From the IMG/VR virus record IMGVR_UViG_3300035698_016083, positions 3,248-67,247 of that record: 64,000 bases of DNA; one strand, given 5' to 3'. The DNA comes from a virus. How positions within the stretch are numbered: the first letter of the stretch is position 1; each line of letters starts with the position of its first letter. The notes below the pieces were generated by a model that was not told the DNA's origin, ran no database searches, and saw only the letters and a list, made by a program, of their open reading frames with translations. Below, one piece after another: positions 1-9,837 of this stretch. The position numbers and the translations under genes were made by a program.

Positions 1-1014
1 AACACCACCCATATATGCGATTTGAAAAGCCAATTCTATAAATCGATCGACCTCTTCCATCTCTTCGATGATTTGAACATCTCGAATGTTATAGTCAATA
101 TATTTTTGTGGATTTTCGTGATATAATTTTTGGAGGGATCCATACTCTTCGTATGACAGTTTTTTCTTGCCGAGAACCACGTGCGCGATGTAATCGAGTT
201 TATTTGATTCTTGAGCACCATATTTGTAAACACCGAACTTGGTGAAGAGATCATAATAATCTACCTGCTCCACACCATAAATTTCATACGTAGTCATATC
301 TTTATTTTTAAACCCAATATTTTTGAGATTAATAATTGACCACGGTGAAAGTCTTTTAGCATTTGTTTCTGATGAAATGTTTATAATTCTATTAATAATA
401 TATGGTACATCAAATAGACGAATGTTCCACCCAGTTATTACATCGGGATGATCATTTTCCCAGAATTGTAAAAAGCTTTCTAATAATTCAAATTCATTAT
501 CAAATTTACGGTAATGAATAATTTCGCCAGGCTTTATTTTTAATTCGGTTTTTTTGTAATCGTAATTTCTATCGCCCCAAACTTCCCAAATAGAGCTTTT
601 GTTGCTCTTAATGGTTATAGCTGTGATTGGATATGCAGCATCTTCCGGAAACGGAAATCCTTCTTCAGAATGAACTTCGATATCAATGTCAGCAACATTA
701 ATAATATTCTTGTTATATTTTATTTCACCTGGGAAATATTCTGCAATAAACTGTTGAACATAATTTGTGTTACCATATACTTTAAAATTTTCAATACCTT
801 TATATTTTTCAATAAATTCTTTTCCTGCCCACATATTATCTAGCTGAACAGGTTTCACATTCTCACCGTGTAGGGTTTTCCACCCAAAGTCGTCTTTGGA
901 TTTTAAAAATAATGTTGGTGCAAATGGTATTTTCTTTTGAACGCGTTTTCCGTCTTTGTAACCTCTATAAAGAATATGGTTACCTTTGCGTTGGACGTTA
1001 GTGTAAAATTCCAA
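1..1014 (-). CDS. gp43: Family B DNA polymerase gp43, N-terminal/3'-5' exonuclease part (runs off the left edge)
   Basis: Absent from the ORF track because it is open-ended. Manual translation from TTG at 1014 gives LEFYTNVQRKGNHILYRGY...DIDIEVHSEEGFP (ExoI)...TGWNIRLFDVPY (ExoII)...KLDYIA...YIDYNIRDV (ExoIII). Confidence 0.95.
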   Translation of the reverse strand, partial: MEFYTNVQRKGNHILYRGYKDGKRVQKKIPFAPTLFLKSKDDFGWKTLHGENVKPVQLDNMWAGKEFIEKYKGIENFKVYGNTNYVQQFIAEYFPGEIKYNKNIINVADIDIEVHSEEGFPFPEDAAYPITAITIKSNKSSIWEVWGDRNYDYKKTELKIKPGEIIHYRKFDNEFELLESFLQFWENDHPDVITGWNIRLFDVPYIINRIINISSETNAKRLSPWSIINLKNIGFKNKDMTTYEIYGVEQVDYYDLFTKFGVYKYGAQESNKLDYIAHVVLGKKKLSYEEYGSLQKLYHENPQKYIDYNIRDVQIIEEMEEVDRFIELAFQIAYMGGV

Positions 1015-1040
1015 ACGAATATCCTTTTTCTAATAGACTA

Positions 1041-1069
1041 ATTATACCGAATAAATGCGCGATTGTAAA
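1041..1069 (-). promoter_or_regulatory. sigma70-like early/middle promoter for gp43
   Basis: Minus strand reads TTTACA-N17-TATAAT, just upstream of the gp43 start. Confidence 0.8.
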
Positions 1070-1071
1070 CA

Positions 1072-1079
1072 TATAAATA
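1072..1079 (+). promoter_or_regulatory. T4-type late promoter for gp3
   Basis: TATAAATA about 30 nt upstream of the gp3 ATG. Confidence 0.75.
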
Positions 1080-1109
1080 GTATAAACAATAACTATTTTG
1101 GAGCCTGAA

Positions 1110-1607
1110 ATGACAGGAATCACAGGAAATGTGAATTATCTACAACCTACAGGGTTTAAGATAATCATAGAAAGAACAAGACTACCAAATTTCACGTTCT
1201 TTGCGCAGACGGTAAATCATCCAACAATGACTGTTGATGCAGCTGAAGTGCCATTTAGAGGAATTAGATCTGTGCCGCAGCCAGGTGATACTCTCACTTT
1301 TGGTGAACTACAAATGCAAGCTATAATTGACGAAGACATGAACTCATATATAGAACTGTATAACTGGATAAAGTCTTCTGCATGTGAACCTATTATACCA
1401 GAAGCTGGAAGATCGGAAGGACTTATTCCAACTGTAGGTGACATTAAAGTATGTATTTTAAACAGTAAAAATAACGTATCAAATATTATCACATATCAAA
1501 ACGCATTTCCAACCTCAGTAGGTCAAATAAGTTTAGAATCAACAATCGATATTGTTACTTACCCAACTTTTGACGTATCATTTAGATTTTCGGAATTTAC
1601 TATTTAA
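1110..1607 (+). CDS. gp3: Tail completion / sheath stabiliser protein gp3
   Basis: NYLQPTGFK...FFAQTVNHP...GDTLTFGEL...DEDMNSYIELYNWI...AFPTSVG pattern. Precedes uvsY-uvsW as in marine T4-likes. GGAG RBS lies before ATG 1110. Confidence 0.85.
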   Translation: MTGITGNVNYLQPTGFKIIIERTRLPNFTFFAQTVNHPTMTVDAAEVPFRGIRSVPQPGDTLTFGELQMQAIIDEDMNSYIELYNWIKSSACEPIIPEAGRSEGLIPTVGDIKVCILNSKNNVSNIITYQNAFPTSVGQISLESTIDIVTYPTFDVSFRFSEFTI

Positions 1608-1619
1608 TAAGGATATATT

Positions 1620-2063
1620 ATGGATCTTGAAAAAATTCTTTCTATGTGGGAAGAAGATTGCAAAATCGATCTTGAAGATTTAGCTGCTTCATCTAGAGCA
1701 GCTCCAATGCTCCACTCAAAATATTTAAACATTTTAGTTAAGGCTAAACTTAGTCTCAAACGTGCTGAGATGAATCAGAAGACGCTTTTAAAAGATAAGT
1801 GGTTATATTATAATGGTCAAATGCCTGATGATGTAATAGAATCTAAAGGATGGAATTTTGACCCACTTAATGGTCTTAAACACCTTAAGGGTGAAATGAA
1901 TTATTATTATGATTCAGATCCAGAAATTCAAAGGTCTGAAGAACAAATCACCTACAGAAAAACAGTTGTATCAGCTTTAACAGAAATCATCGATAATGTT
2001 AAATGGAGGCATCAAACTGTGGGTAATATTATTAAATGGAAGGTATTCGAAAGTGGCGGATAA
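1620..2063 (+). CDS. uvsY: Recombination mediator UvsY
   Basis: MWEEDCKID...PMLHSKYL...KWLYYNG...IIDNVKWRHQTVGNIIKW; sits between gp3 and uvsW. Confidence 0.9.
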   Translation: MDLEKILSMWEEDCKIDLEDLAASSRAAPMLHSKYLNILVKAKLSLKRAEMNQKTLLKDKWLYYNGQMPDDVIESKGWNFDPLNGLKHLKGEMNYYYDSDPEIQRSEEQITYRKTVVSALTEIIDNVKWRHQTVGNIIKWKVFESGG

Positions 2064-2229
2064 TATAGAATGGGAAGATCTCGGAAATTACGAACAGGAT
2101 AAATACATTCGACATGCTTCGTATTTGATCGAAAGAAATTATATCGAAGATGAAACCGACGAATCTTTAGCGAAAAAAATGTATATGAAAGAAAAATCTC
2201 TTGATACTAACAGCACGAAAAAAAAATAA
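2053..2229 (+). CDS. Small hypothetical protein
   Basis: Fills the gap between uvsY and uvsW. GTG 2053 overlapping the uvsY end is the likely start. Confidence 0.55.
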   Translation: MADNIEWEDLGNYEQDKYIRHASYLIERNYIEDETDESLAKKMYMKEKSLDTNSTKKK

Positions 2230-3694
2230 TAATGTAATGATCGTGGAATGTGAGAGAGGTCCGGCTATGGAGCTGACTGAATTCTTTTCATTTTTTGTTC
2301 CAAATTACAAATTCATGCCTGCGTTTAAGAATACGCCATGGGATGGTAAAATTAAATTATTCAATCCAATAAATCATGAATTACCAATAGGATTATATAC
2401 TCATCTAAAATCCTTCTGTGATAAAAGAAACTACACTCTTGATGGGGATGAAATTCTTTTAGTAAACAAAATTAATCCAAAAGAGATTATGAAGTTTGTT
2501 AAAGATCTTAACCCACACTCAAAAGGTGAACCAATTCAGATTAGGGAGAGTCAATTCAATTCTGTATGTCATTCTCTAAAACATCAAAGAACAGTTTTAG
2601 TTGCACCTACTGCTGTTGGTAAATCGTTTATTATATATGTTCTAATGAGATGGTTTTTAGAGAATTTTGATGAGAAATTTTTGATTATTGTTCCGACCAC
2701 TTCATTGGTTGATCAAATGTATACAGACTTTGCAGATTACTCAAGTCATGACGATTCATTCGATGTTAACGAAACATGTCATCAAATTTATAGTGGTAAA
2801 GAGAAAAACATTATTGAAAAAAGGGTGGTCATTAGTACTTGGCAATCTATTTACAAATTACCTAAAAAATGGTTCAACCCATATAAATTTATTATTGGTG
2901 ATGAGTGCCATGGTTTCAAATCCGATTCATTAAAAGCAATTATGTCAAAATGTGATAATGCTGATTGGAGAATTGGAGCTACTGGAACTCTAGACGGCAC
3001 ATTAACTCATAAATTAGTTCTCGAAGGTATTTTTGGTAAGGTCTTAAAAGTGACCACAACTAAAGAACTCCAAGATGCAGGTATTCTTTCAAATCTAGAA
3101 ATAAAGATTTTAGCCCTAAAATATCCTGAAGCAGAATCTAAAGCTCTTGGTAAAATTACTTATCAGGAAGAAATCGACTATATTGTAAGACACAAAAAGA
3201 GAAACGAGTTCATCGCTAAACTCGCCGTTACACAAAAGGGTAATACCCTCGTATTATTTAATTTTGTTACTAAACACGGTAAGCCATTATACGATTCTAT
3301 TAAAGAAAGAGCTGGACCGGACAGAAAAGTATTTTTCGTTCATGGTGATACTGAAACTGCTGATCGCGAGGCAATACGCGCGATAGTAGAAAAACAAACT
3401 GATGCAATTATTGTTGCCTCATTTGGTACGTTCAGTACAGGTATAAATATTAAGAACCTGCATAATATTATTTTTTCATCCCCATCAAAATCACAAATAA
3501 GAGTTCTTCAATCAATAGGACGAGTTCTCCGAATGAGTGATAATGGATCTATTGCTAAGCTCTATGATATAGTTGATGACTTATCATACAAGGCAAAGAA
3601 GAATTATGCACTAATGCACGGCTATCAGCGTGTGAAAATTTATAAACAAGAGAAATTTAAATTTAAGGTTTACAAACTAAAGTTAGGGGTATAA
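2201..3694 (+). CDS. uvsW: SF2 RNA-DNA/DNA helicase UvsW
   Basis: FSFFVPNYKFMP...WDGKIKLF, PTAVGKS, IIVPTTSLV, DECH, GATGT, GTFSTGINI and QSIGR motifs. Confidence 0.95.
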   Translation: MILTARKKNNNVMIVECERGPAMELTEFFSFFVPNYKFMPAFKNTPWDGKIKLFNPINHELPIGLYTHLKSFCDKRNYTLDGDEILLVNKINPKEIMKFVKDLNPHSKGEPIQIRESQFNSVCHSLKHQRTVLVAPTAVGKSFIIYVLMRWFLENFDEKFLIIVPTTSLVDQMYTDFADYSSHDDSFDVNETCHQIYSGKEKNIIEKRVVISTWQSIYKLPKKWFNPYKFIIGDECHGFKSDSLKAIMSKCDNADWRIGATGTLDGTLTHKLVLEGIFGKVLKVTTTKELQDAGILSNLEIKILALKYPEAESKALGKITYQEEIDYIVRHKKRNEFIAKLAVTQKGNTLVLFNFVTKHGKPLYDSIKERAGPDRKVFFVHGDTETADREAIRAIVEKQTDAIIVASFGTFSTGINIKNLHNIIFSSPSKSQIRVLQSIGRVLRMSDNGSIAKLYDIVDDLSYKAKKNYALMHGYQRVKIYKQEKFKFKVYKLKLGV

Positions 3695-3695
3695 A

Positions 3696-4055
3696 ATGAT
3701 AATTAAACAATATAAATTAGCAAATGGTGAAACTGTGATTTCTGAGATAGTAGGATTTGATGAAAAGTTAGCAGTTGTAGTGACAAGAAATCCAATGAAG
3801 ATAAACGAGATGTTTGATCAAAATAATAATCTCTTTTATGGATTTAGAGAATTTATTTTATATCAAGGTCAACCCCCTGTAATAGTTGGTATTAATTATC
3901 ACAATGTTATTTCTGAATCTTTCCCACATAAAAATCTAGTTAAACAATATAATGAATCTCTTATTGGATTAAATAGATCTTATACAGAAGATATTGATAT
4001 ATCTTTTGACTCATCTTTTGAACCAACTCATATAGCTCCAACTCATATAAATTAG
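3696..4055 (+). CDS. Conserved hypothetical protein (KLxxGExxI, Sm-like type) between uvsW and gp55
   Basis: YKLANGETVISE N-terminus; position is typical for T4-like marine phages. Confidence 0.65.
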   Translation: MIIKQYKLANGETVISEIVGFDEKLAVVVTRNPMKINEMFDQNNNLFYGFREFILYQGQPPVIVGINYHNVISESFPHKNLVKQYNESLIGLNRSYTEDIDISFDSSFEPTHIAPTHIN

Positions 4056-4086
4056 TATATAACCCTGCCTCTGAAAGACAAGCTTT

Positions 4087-4115
4087 ATTGTAACGTGGTC
4101 AGAGCGATTTGTAAA
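4087..4115 (-). promoter_or_regulatory. sigma70-like promoter pointing antisense into the gp3-uvsW genes
   Basis: Minus strand reads ggggTTTACA-N17-TACAAT, the same consensus as the other three promoters. Confidence 0.6.
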
Positions 4116-4161
4116 CCCCCTAAATGCAACTGAAACATTTCGTTATTTACTGAATAAAGGG

Positions 4162-4190
4162 TTTACAACCCTTATATAATTCGGTACAAT
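4162..4190 (+). promoter_or_regulatory. sigma70-like promoter for gp55
   Basis: gggTTTACA-N17-TACAAT about 30 nt upstream of gp55. Confidence 0.8.
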
Positions 4191-4220
4191 GAATATATTA
4201 AAAAGGAATTTATAAAATAT

Positions 4221-4832
4221 ATGGCTAAAAAGAAAAGTATTCATTATGTCAATAATGCTGAATTTTCAAATGCTGTAGTAGAATATGTTAAGACCGTTAA
4301 GAAAGCAAAGGAAGAGGATTTACCACTTCCACAAGTGACTGAATATATCGCTGTATGTTTTCTTAAAATCTGTGAAGGATTAAGTCACAGAGGTAATTTT
4401 ATCGGATACACCTTTAGAGAAGAAATGGTAATGGATGCAGTTGAAAACTGTCTCAAAGCCATAGAAAATTATAACATTGAAGCTGCTACACGCACAGGAA
4501 AACCAAATGCATTTTCGTATTTCACGCAAATCAGTTGGTACGCATTTCTCAGACGTATTGAGAAAGAAAAAAAACAAACAGATATCAAGCATAAATTTAT
4601 TGCCGAATCGGGTATAGAATCCCTCACGGTGACAAATCCAGACGACGTAGCGCAAAATGCAGTCGTCTCTAATTTTGTAGATACATTAAAAAGTCGCATC
4701 GATAAAATTAAAGGTTTTGACGATGATTTGAAAAAATATAAGAAAGAAAAGAAACCTAAGAAACCAAGGAAGAAGCGAGTTCGCAAACCTGTGGTTAAAA
4801 GGGATTCAGATCTAGAGGAATTTTTAGAATGA
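4221..4832 (+). CDS. gp55: Late-transcription sigma factor gp55
   Basis: HYVNNAEF...YIAVCFLKICEGLSHRGNFIGYTFREEMVMDAVENCL...NAFSYFTQISWYAFLRRIEKEKKQ. Confidence 0.95.
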   Translation: MAKKKSIHYVNNAEFSNAVVEYVKTVKKAKEEDLPLPQVTEYIAVCFLKICEGLSHRGNFIGYTFREEMVMDAVENCLKAIENYNIEAATRTGKPNAFSYFTQISWYAFLRRIEKEKKQTDIKHKFIAESGIESLTVTNPDDVAQNAVVSNFVDTLKSRIDKIKGFDDDLKKYKKEKKPKKPRKKRVRKPVVKRDSDLEEFLE

Positions 4833-5062
4833 AAAAATTATCAGAATTACATGACGAGTGGCGCCAATATTTATCTAATTCAGATATCAAAGTAATGATG
4901 GATAACGATGGTTGGTGGTTTACCTGGAAAGAAGGTAAAGAACCTGAAGGCTGGGACGAAGATAGTGACGAGGCTTGGTTCTCCGGCGGTGAAGGTCCAT
5001 ATGGATCCGATCTTCTAGAATTTATGCTAAATGAAGCAGGAATTCTGATGGAAGGCGTATAA
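4829..5062 (+). CDS. Small acidic Trp-rich hypothetical protein
   Basis: Coupled ORF (ATGA overlap) between gp55 and gp47. Confidence 0.65.
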   Translation: MKKLSELHDEWRQYLSNSDIKVMMDNDGWWFTWKEGKEPEGWDEDSDEAWFSGGEGPYGSDLLEFMLNEAGILMEGV

Positions 5063-5068
5063 AATAAT

Positions 5069-6133
5069 ATGAAGATTGCGATTATTAATGACACTCATTG
5101 TGGCATTCGAAACAGTGCTGGAATTTTCTTAGATAATGCAGATGAATTCTATGATAAGGTGTTTTTCCCATATTTGATTAAACATAAGATCAAACAGATT
5201 ATTCATCTGGGTGATTATTATGATCAGAGAAAATTCATAAATTTTAAAGCGCTCAATCAAAATCGTAAATCGTTTTTGAATAAACTCCGCGAGCATAATA
5301 TAGACATGATTATCATACCAGGTAATCATGATGTGTTTTATAAGAATACAAACGATCTTAATTCATTAAAAGAGCTTCTTGGTCATTTTATGAATGAGAT
5401 TAAAATTGTGATGGAACCAACGGTTGTAACATTCGACGGTTTGGATATTGCATTACTCCCGTGGATTAATTCTGAAAATTATGATAAATCTATGGAATTT
5501 GTTAAAAATTGTAAAGCAGATATACTAGGTGGACATTTAGAATTAAATGGATTTGAAGTTCTAAAGGGAATAACACATAAGCATGGTATGGATTCAAAAC
5601 CGTTTTCTAGATTTGAAATGGTTTTGTCCGGCCATTTCCATACAAAATCCCAAAAAGATAATATTCATTATTTGGGATCGCAAATGGAGTTCACCTGGAG
5701 CGACGCGCACGACCCTAAGTATTTTCATGTATTGGACACCAAGACTAGAAAATTAAAACCTATTCGTAATCCACACACTCTTCATGAAAAAATCTATTAT
5801 GACGATAAAGAAGATGTTGATTATAGTAAATATCCAATAGGTAAATTAAAGAATAAATTTGTAAAAGTTATTGTTGTCAATAAGACTGATATCTTTAAGT
5901 TTGATAAATTCATTGATAGAATTCAGAATCAAAAAATACACGAATTAAAAATAGCAGAAAACTTCAGTGAATTTATTGGTGAGAATGTGGATGATGAAAA
6001 AGTTTCTGTGGAGGATACATTCACATTATTGAATAGTTATATTGAAGCCACCGAAACGGTATTAGATAAAGATAAAATTAAATCTAAAATGAAAAATCTT
6101 CTTAGTGAAGCCCAAACGTTAGAAATTGCATGA
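5069..6133 (+). CDS. gp47: Recombination nuclease subunit gp47 (Mre11/SbcD-like)
   Basis: Metallophosphoesterase motifs DTHCG, HLGDYYD, GNHD and SGHFH. Confidence 0.95.
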   Translation: MKIAIINDTHCGIRNSAGIFLDNADEFYDKVFFPYLIKHKIKQIIHLGDYYDQRKFINFKALNQNRKSFLNKLREHNIDMIIIPGNHDVFYKNTNDLNSLKELLGHFMNEIKIVMEPTVVTFDGLDIALLPWINSENYDKSMEFVKNCKADILGGHLELNGFEVLKGITHKHGMDSKPFSRFEMVLSGHFHTKSQKDNIHYLGSQMEFTWSDAHDPKYFHVLDTKTRKLKPIRNPHTLHEKIYYDDKEDVDYSKYPIGKLKNKFVKVIVVNKTDIFKFDKFIDRIQNQKIHELKIAENFSEFIGENVDDEKVSVEDTFTLLNSYIEATETVLDKDKIKSKMKNLLSEAQTLEIA

Positions 6134-7842
6134 TAGTATTTAAACAAATTCGTTGGAAGAATTTTCTTTCGACCGGTGATAATTGGACTACTATAGATCT
6201 AAATAAATCCCAATCAACCCTGATAGTTGGTAGTAATGGATCTGGTAAATCAACACTGCTGGATGCATTATCATTTGCCCTTTTTGGTAAGCCACATAGA
6301 AATATCAATAAACCCCAACTGGTTAATACAGTTAACAAAAAAGGTTGTTTAGTTGAGGTTATCTTTCAAATAGGTCCTAACGGTTTTAAAGTTGTTCGCG
6401 GGATTAAGCCTGAAGTATTTGAAATATGGAAAAATAATGAGCTTATTGATCAGGCGGCCAACGCGCGAGACTACCAAAAAGTATTAGAACAAAATATCAT
6501 TAAATTAAATCATAAATCGTTTCACCAAATTGTGGTGTTGGGTTCATCCTCCTTTGTACCGTTTATGCAATTACCTGCACAACATCGAAGAGAGGTTATT
6601 GAAGATCTACTTGATATCAATATATTCTCAAAAATGAATATGATATTGAAAGGTAGAAATTCAGTTCTAAAGGATTCGATTAAGACAAACACCTATTCTA
6701 CAGATATTGTCAATACTAAAATCGTCTCACAGAAAAAATATATTTACAGCATATCAGAATTAAATGATAATCATGTTAACGAGAAGAGTAAAGCGTTATC
6801 AGACGCGGAAGATCTCTATAATAAAGTTGATAACAAAAATAGTATTTTAGCAGTAGAGGTTGAAAAACTTGGAAAGGGCTTAACGTTAAATCTGAAAAAG
6901 GCCCACGATAAAAAACAAACATTATTACAGTATAAAGCTAGATTTAATCAAAAAATTAAAGATCTGGTTAAGCACGCGAAATTCTACGACGAAAATGAAA
7001 ACTGCCCTACCTGTGAACAGGAGATTGGTGAAGACATTAGATTGGAGAAAAGAAAAGCTGCTAAAACTAAAGCCATTGAGCTTAAAAATGCAACGGGTAT
7101 GATGGACTCCGATTATTCTGATAATGAAGGCGTCATAACGGATCTTAATAATATTTTTGCTGAGGTAGCTAAAGTAAATAACAAAATATCTTCTAATTTT
7201 AATGAAATGAGAAATATAACGGATTCAATTAAAAAACTTACTGATGAGATTAAGGCTATTAATGAAAGAGACAATGTTGACGATGCTGAAAAAGAATTAT
7301 CTGAATTAAATGGTGAATTAAAAGCACTCGAAAAAGGCCGCGATAAATTGAGTGAGGATTACAATTACAATGTTGTAATGGCAGAAATGCTAAAAGATAC
7401 AGGTATTAAAACCAAAGTGATTAAGGAATATATCCCAGTTATTAATCAACTTGTTAATCAATATCTTCAGGTGTTAGACTTCTTTGTACATTTTAATTTG
7501 GATGAGGGATTTTCAGAAACCATAAAATCTAGATATAGAGATGCATTCTCATATGACAGTTTTTCAGAGGGTGAAAAGCAACGAATAGATTTAGCCCTAT
7601 TGTTCACGTGGAGAATGATTGCTAAGATGAAAAATTCTGTCGCGACCAATCTATTGATACTTGACGAAACGTTCGATTCATCACTTGATCACGACGGCGT
7701 TGATAATCTTATGAAAATTCTTTATACATTAGATGATGATACCAACGTTTTTGTTATCTCTCATAAAGGAGAAATCCTGGATGGTAAATTTAAAGAAAAA
7801 CTTGAATTTTATAGAGAAAAAAGTTTTAGTAAAGTCCGATAG
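6130..7842 (+). CDS. gp46: Recombination ATPase gp46 (Rad50/SbcC-like)
   Basis: WKNFLSTG, GSNGSGKS, CPTC zinc hook, FSEGEK signature, LILDE and ISHK. Confidence 0.95.
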   Translation: MIVFKQIRWKNFLSTGDNWTTIDLNKSQSTLIVGSNGSGKSTLLDALSFALFGKPHRNINKPQLVNTVNKKGCLVEVIFQIGPNGFKVVRGIKPEVFEIWKNNELIDQAANARDYQKVLEQNIIKLNHKSFHQIVVLGSSSFVPFMQLPAQHRREVIEDLLDINIFSKMNMILKGRNSVLKDSIKTNTYSTDIVNTKIVSQKKYIYSISELNDNHVNEKSKALSDAEDLYNKVDNKNSILAVEVEKLGKGLTLNLKKAHDKKQTLLQYKARFNQKIKDLVKHAKFYDENENCPTCEQEIGEDIRLEKRKAAKTKAIELKNATGMMDSDYSDNEGVITDLNNIFAEVAKVNNKISSNFNEMRNITDSIKKLTDEIKAINERDNVDDAEKELSELNGELKALEKGRDKLSEDYNYNVVMAEMLKDTGIKTKVIKEYIPVINQLVNQYLQVLDFFVHFNLDEGFSETIKSRYRDAFSYDSFSEGEKQRIDLALLFTWRMIAKMKNSVATNLLILDETFDSSLDHDGVDNLMKILYTLDDDTNVFVISHKGEILDGKFKEKLEFYREKSFSKVR

Positions 7843-7846
7843 GGGA

Positions 7847-7875
7847 TTTACATTTGATCGACAATATCTTATAAT
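7847..7875 (+). promoter_or_regulatory. sigma70-like promoter for the gp45 operon
   Basis: TTTACA-N17-TATAAT upstream of gp45. Confidence 0.8.
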
Positions 7876-7902
7876 AAGGCATTCAATAAGGAATATTATA
7901 GT

Positions 7903-8598
7903 ATGAAATTATCCGAAAGTACTTTACAAGTATTAAAGAACTTTGCTAACATTAACCCAAATATAGTTATTCATGGTGGTAATGAAATTAAAACGATTTC
8001 AGAAGCCAAGGATACTCTTGCATCGGCAGAACTCGAAGACACATTTGAAGCCCCATATGGTCCTTTTGGAATTTATGATTTACATAAGTTTCTAAGTATT
8101 GTGGGTCTTTCGTCTTCACCGGAATTGAAATTCTCTGAAAAATTTGTGACAATAGCAGATGATTCTGGTAGATCAAGAATTAAATACCACTTTTCAGATC
8201 CTGAAATGCTTACGTCTTCAACAGCAAATGTGAAGATGGATTCTCCTGAAGTTAGTTTTTCATTAGATCAAAACACACTGAACAATCTTAAGAAGGCTGC
8301 TTCAGCTCTTGGTTATGAAGAATTGGTAATTACACCGGGTAAAAATGTTGTAACTCTTTCAATACGAGATACAGAAAATCCTACATCAGACAGTTATTCA
8401 ATCGATGTAGCAGGCGAATTTCCTGACGGGATTGATTTTACTCTCGTCTTAAATATCGCAGATCTAAAACTATTACCAGCTGATTATGATGTTGGTATCA
8501 GTTCAAAACTTATAAGTTGTTTTAAATCAAAAACTTTAGAAAAGCCAATATCATATTGGATTGCATTAAAAAGAAAATCATCTAGTTATGGAGAATAA
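7903..8598 (+). CDS. gp45: Sliding clamp gp45
   Basis: MKLSESTLQVLKNFANINPNI...FGIYDL...YWIAL. Confidence 0.93.
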   Translation: MKLSESTLQVLKNFANINPNIVIHGGNEIKTISEAKDTLASAELEDTFEAPYGPFGIYDLHKFLSIVGLSSSPELKFSEKFVTIADDSGRSRIKYHFSDPEMLTSSTANVKMDSPEVSFSLDQNTLNNLKKAASALGYEELVITPGKNVVTLSIRDTENPTSDSYSIDVAGEFPDGIDFTLVLNIADLKLLPADYDVGISSKLISCFKSKTLEKPISYWIALKRKSSSYGE

Positions 8599-8600
8599 TT

Positions 8601-8870
8601 ATGACTAAAAAAGCAGAATCACAAGCAGAAATTTCAAAAAGAGTAGCAGTACAGGCTGCGGATACCCCGCAAGATCCTATTCTTAATAATATTTCTGAGC
8701 TCTCTACGCGCGTTTCTCGTAGCACTATTGCCGTTATCGATACGATTACATCACGAGGTGGATTCAGAGGCGAAGAACTTACTACTATTGGTCAACTACG
8801 TGATCAATGTGCTCAACTACAGCAAATGGGTGAAGCCTTAGCTGGACAGCTTGCTGGTCAAAACGGTTAA
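8601..8870 (+). CDS. Conserved hypothetical protein
   Basis: GGAG RBS; IDTITSRGGFRGEELTTIGQLRD motif of a small family seen next to gp45/gp44. Confidence 0.7.
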   Translation: MTKKAESQAEISKRVAVQAADTPQDPILNNISELSTRVSRSTIAVIDTITSRGGFRGEELTTIGQLRDQCAQLQQMGEALAGQLAGQNG

Positions 8871-8898
8871 TTAATACTTAAATTATGTTAGGGTGAAC

Positions 8899-9837
8899 AT
8901 GTCTGAAGAATTTCTATGGGTAGAAAAATATAGACCCCGTAAGGTGGAAGATACCATTTTACCAAAGGGACTTAAGAAAACCTTTCTTGAATTGGTTGAA
9001 AATAAAGAATTACCAAATATGATCTTTTTTGGTGGTCCCGGTATTGGTAAAACAACCGTAGCCAAAGCTCTTTGTGAACAATTAGAATTGGATTACATTG
9101 TTGTAAATGGATCTGAAGATGGGAATATTGATACGCTTAGGGGTAGAATCAGACAGTTCGCTTCTACCGTTTCGCTTCAAGGTGGAATGAAAGTAGTTAT
9201 TCTTGATGAAGCAGACTATTTGAATGCTCAATCAACACAACCCGCTCTTCGTGGTTTTATTGAAGAATTCAGTAAAAATTGTAGATTTATTCTTACTGCG
9301 AATGCCATAAATCGAATTATCCCAGCGCTTCATAGTCGATGCTCGGTGTATGATTTTAATACTCCGAAGACTGAAGTACCTGCTCTTGCAGGAGAATTTA
9401 TGACAAGGCTCAAAGGTATATTGGACAAAGAAAATGTCAAATATGATAATAGAGTTTTAGCAGAATTAATTAAAAAGTATCACCCCGATTTACGTAGGGT
9501 GATAGGTGAATGTCAAAGATATGGGATTTCGGGTGAAATTGATAAACATATTCTTGTTAATCTGAGTGATAGTCAATTTGAAGACCTCTTTAAATTTCTT
9601 AAGAAGAAAGATTTCACTGGGGTAAGAAAATGGGTGGTTAATAATATTGATATTGACTCCTCAGCTATTTTTAGAGGCATTTATAATAACATCTCTAAGA
9701 AAATTACACCCGCGAGTATCCCAGCAATGGTTCTTATTATCGCGGATTATCAATATAAAGCTGGGTTTGTAGCAGACCAGGAAATCAATACTGTTGCGTG
9801 TTTAATAGAAATAATGACAGACGTGGAGTTTAAATAA
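8899..9837 (+). CDS. gp44: Clamp loader large subunit gp44
   Basis: LWVEKYRP, GPGIGKTT, ILDEAD and SRC motifs (RFC-like AAA+). Confidence 0.95.
   Translation: MSEEFLWVEKYRPRKVEDTILPKGLKKTFLELVENKELPNMIFFGGPGIGKTTVAKALCEQLELDYIVVNGSEDGNIDTLRGRIRQFASTVSLQGGMKVVILDEADYLNAQSTQPALRGFIEEFSKNCRFILTANAINRIIPALHSRCSVYDFNTPKTEVPALAGEFMTRLKGILDKENVKYDNRVLAELIKKYHPDLRRVIGECQRYGISGEIDKHILVNLSDSQFEDLFKFLKKKDFTGVRKWVVNNIDIDSSAIFRGIYNNISKKITPASIPAMVLIIADYQYKAGFVADQEINTVACLIEIMTDVEFK

Noticed and set aside
36-254. 72-aa minus-strand ORF in the track
   Set aside because: Out-of-frame overlap inside gp43.
4023-4049. CCAACTCATATA repeated with 15-bp period (PTHIAPTHIN)
   Set aside because: Short in-frame duplication at a C-terminus with no evident consequence.
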